Source of the DNA: Octopus bimaculoides
Taxonomy: Eukaryota
DNA: 34,610 nt
Direction: 5' to 3'
Assembly (NCBI RefSeq): GCF_001194135.2
Contig: NC_068995.1
Coordinates: 15,674,125 to 15,708,734 of the forward strand
Below the pieces are notes generated by a model that worked only from the letters and a program-made list of their open reading frames with translations, made no database searches and was not told the DNA's origin. Shown piece by piece: positions 34,609-34,610 of this stretch. How positions within the stretch are numbered: position 1 is the first letter of the stretch; each line of letters opens with the position of its first letter. The translations under genes and the position numbers were made by a program.

Positions 34609-34610
34609 CA
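34450..34610. repeat. Compound (TA)n/CA microsatellite to window end
   Basis: Directly visible. Confidence 0.95.

Overview
AT-rich, microsatellite-laden animal genomic DNA with three assembly gaps (2939-3117, 22521-22561, 33340-33799). The tRNA-derived SINE families and (TA)n/(CA)n load look like an Octopus genome, which is an inference from repeat content. One host gene is supported: an inter-alpha-trypsin inhibitor heavy chain (ITIH)-like gene on the minus strand. Four GT-AG exons (24069-23897, 17786-17685, 13774-13524, 1340-1195; 173+102+251+146 = 672 nt, 224 codons, phases 0|2|2|1|0) splice into one open frame encoding a VIT domain and the linker that precedes the VWA domain. The VWA and downstream exons must lie left of the window, and the 5' signal-peptide exon is not firmly identified. 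The rest is intron or flank filled with decayed mobile elements: an R4/Dong-type RLE retrotransposon end sitting in an (AAT)n tract, a Tx1-like LINE fragment, two APE-type LINE remnants, Tc1/mariner pieces and about 25 SINE copies from four families. There are no prokaryotic features, CRISPR arrays or intact RNA genes. I found no convincing evidence of a new biological system. The best leads are a divergent acidic, frame-symmetric ITIH exon, a candidate first exon one base out of frame, the microsatellite-targeted retroelement beside a splice acceptor, and inverted SINE arrangements that could form dsRNA in the pre-mRNA. Repeat boundaries are approximate and were read by eye.
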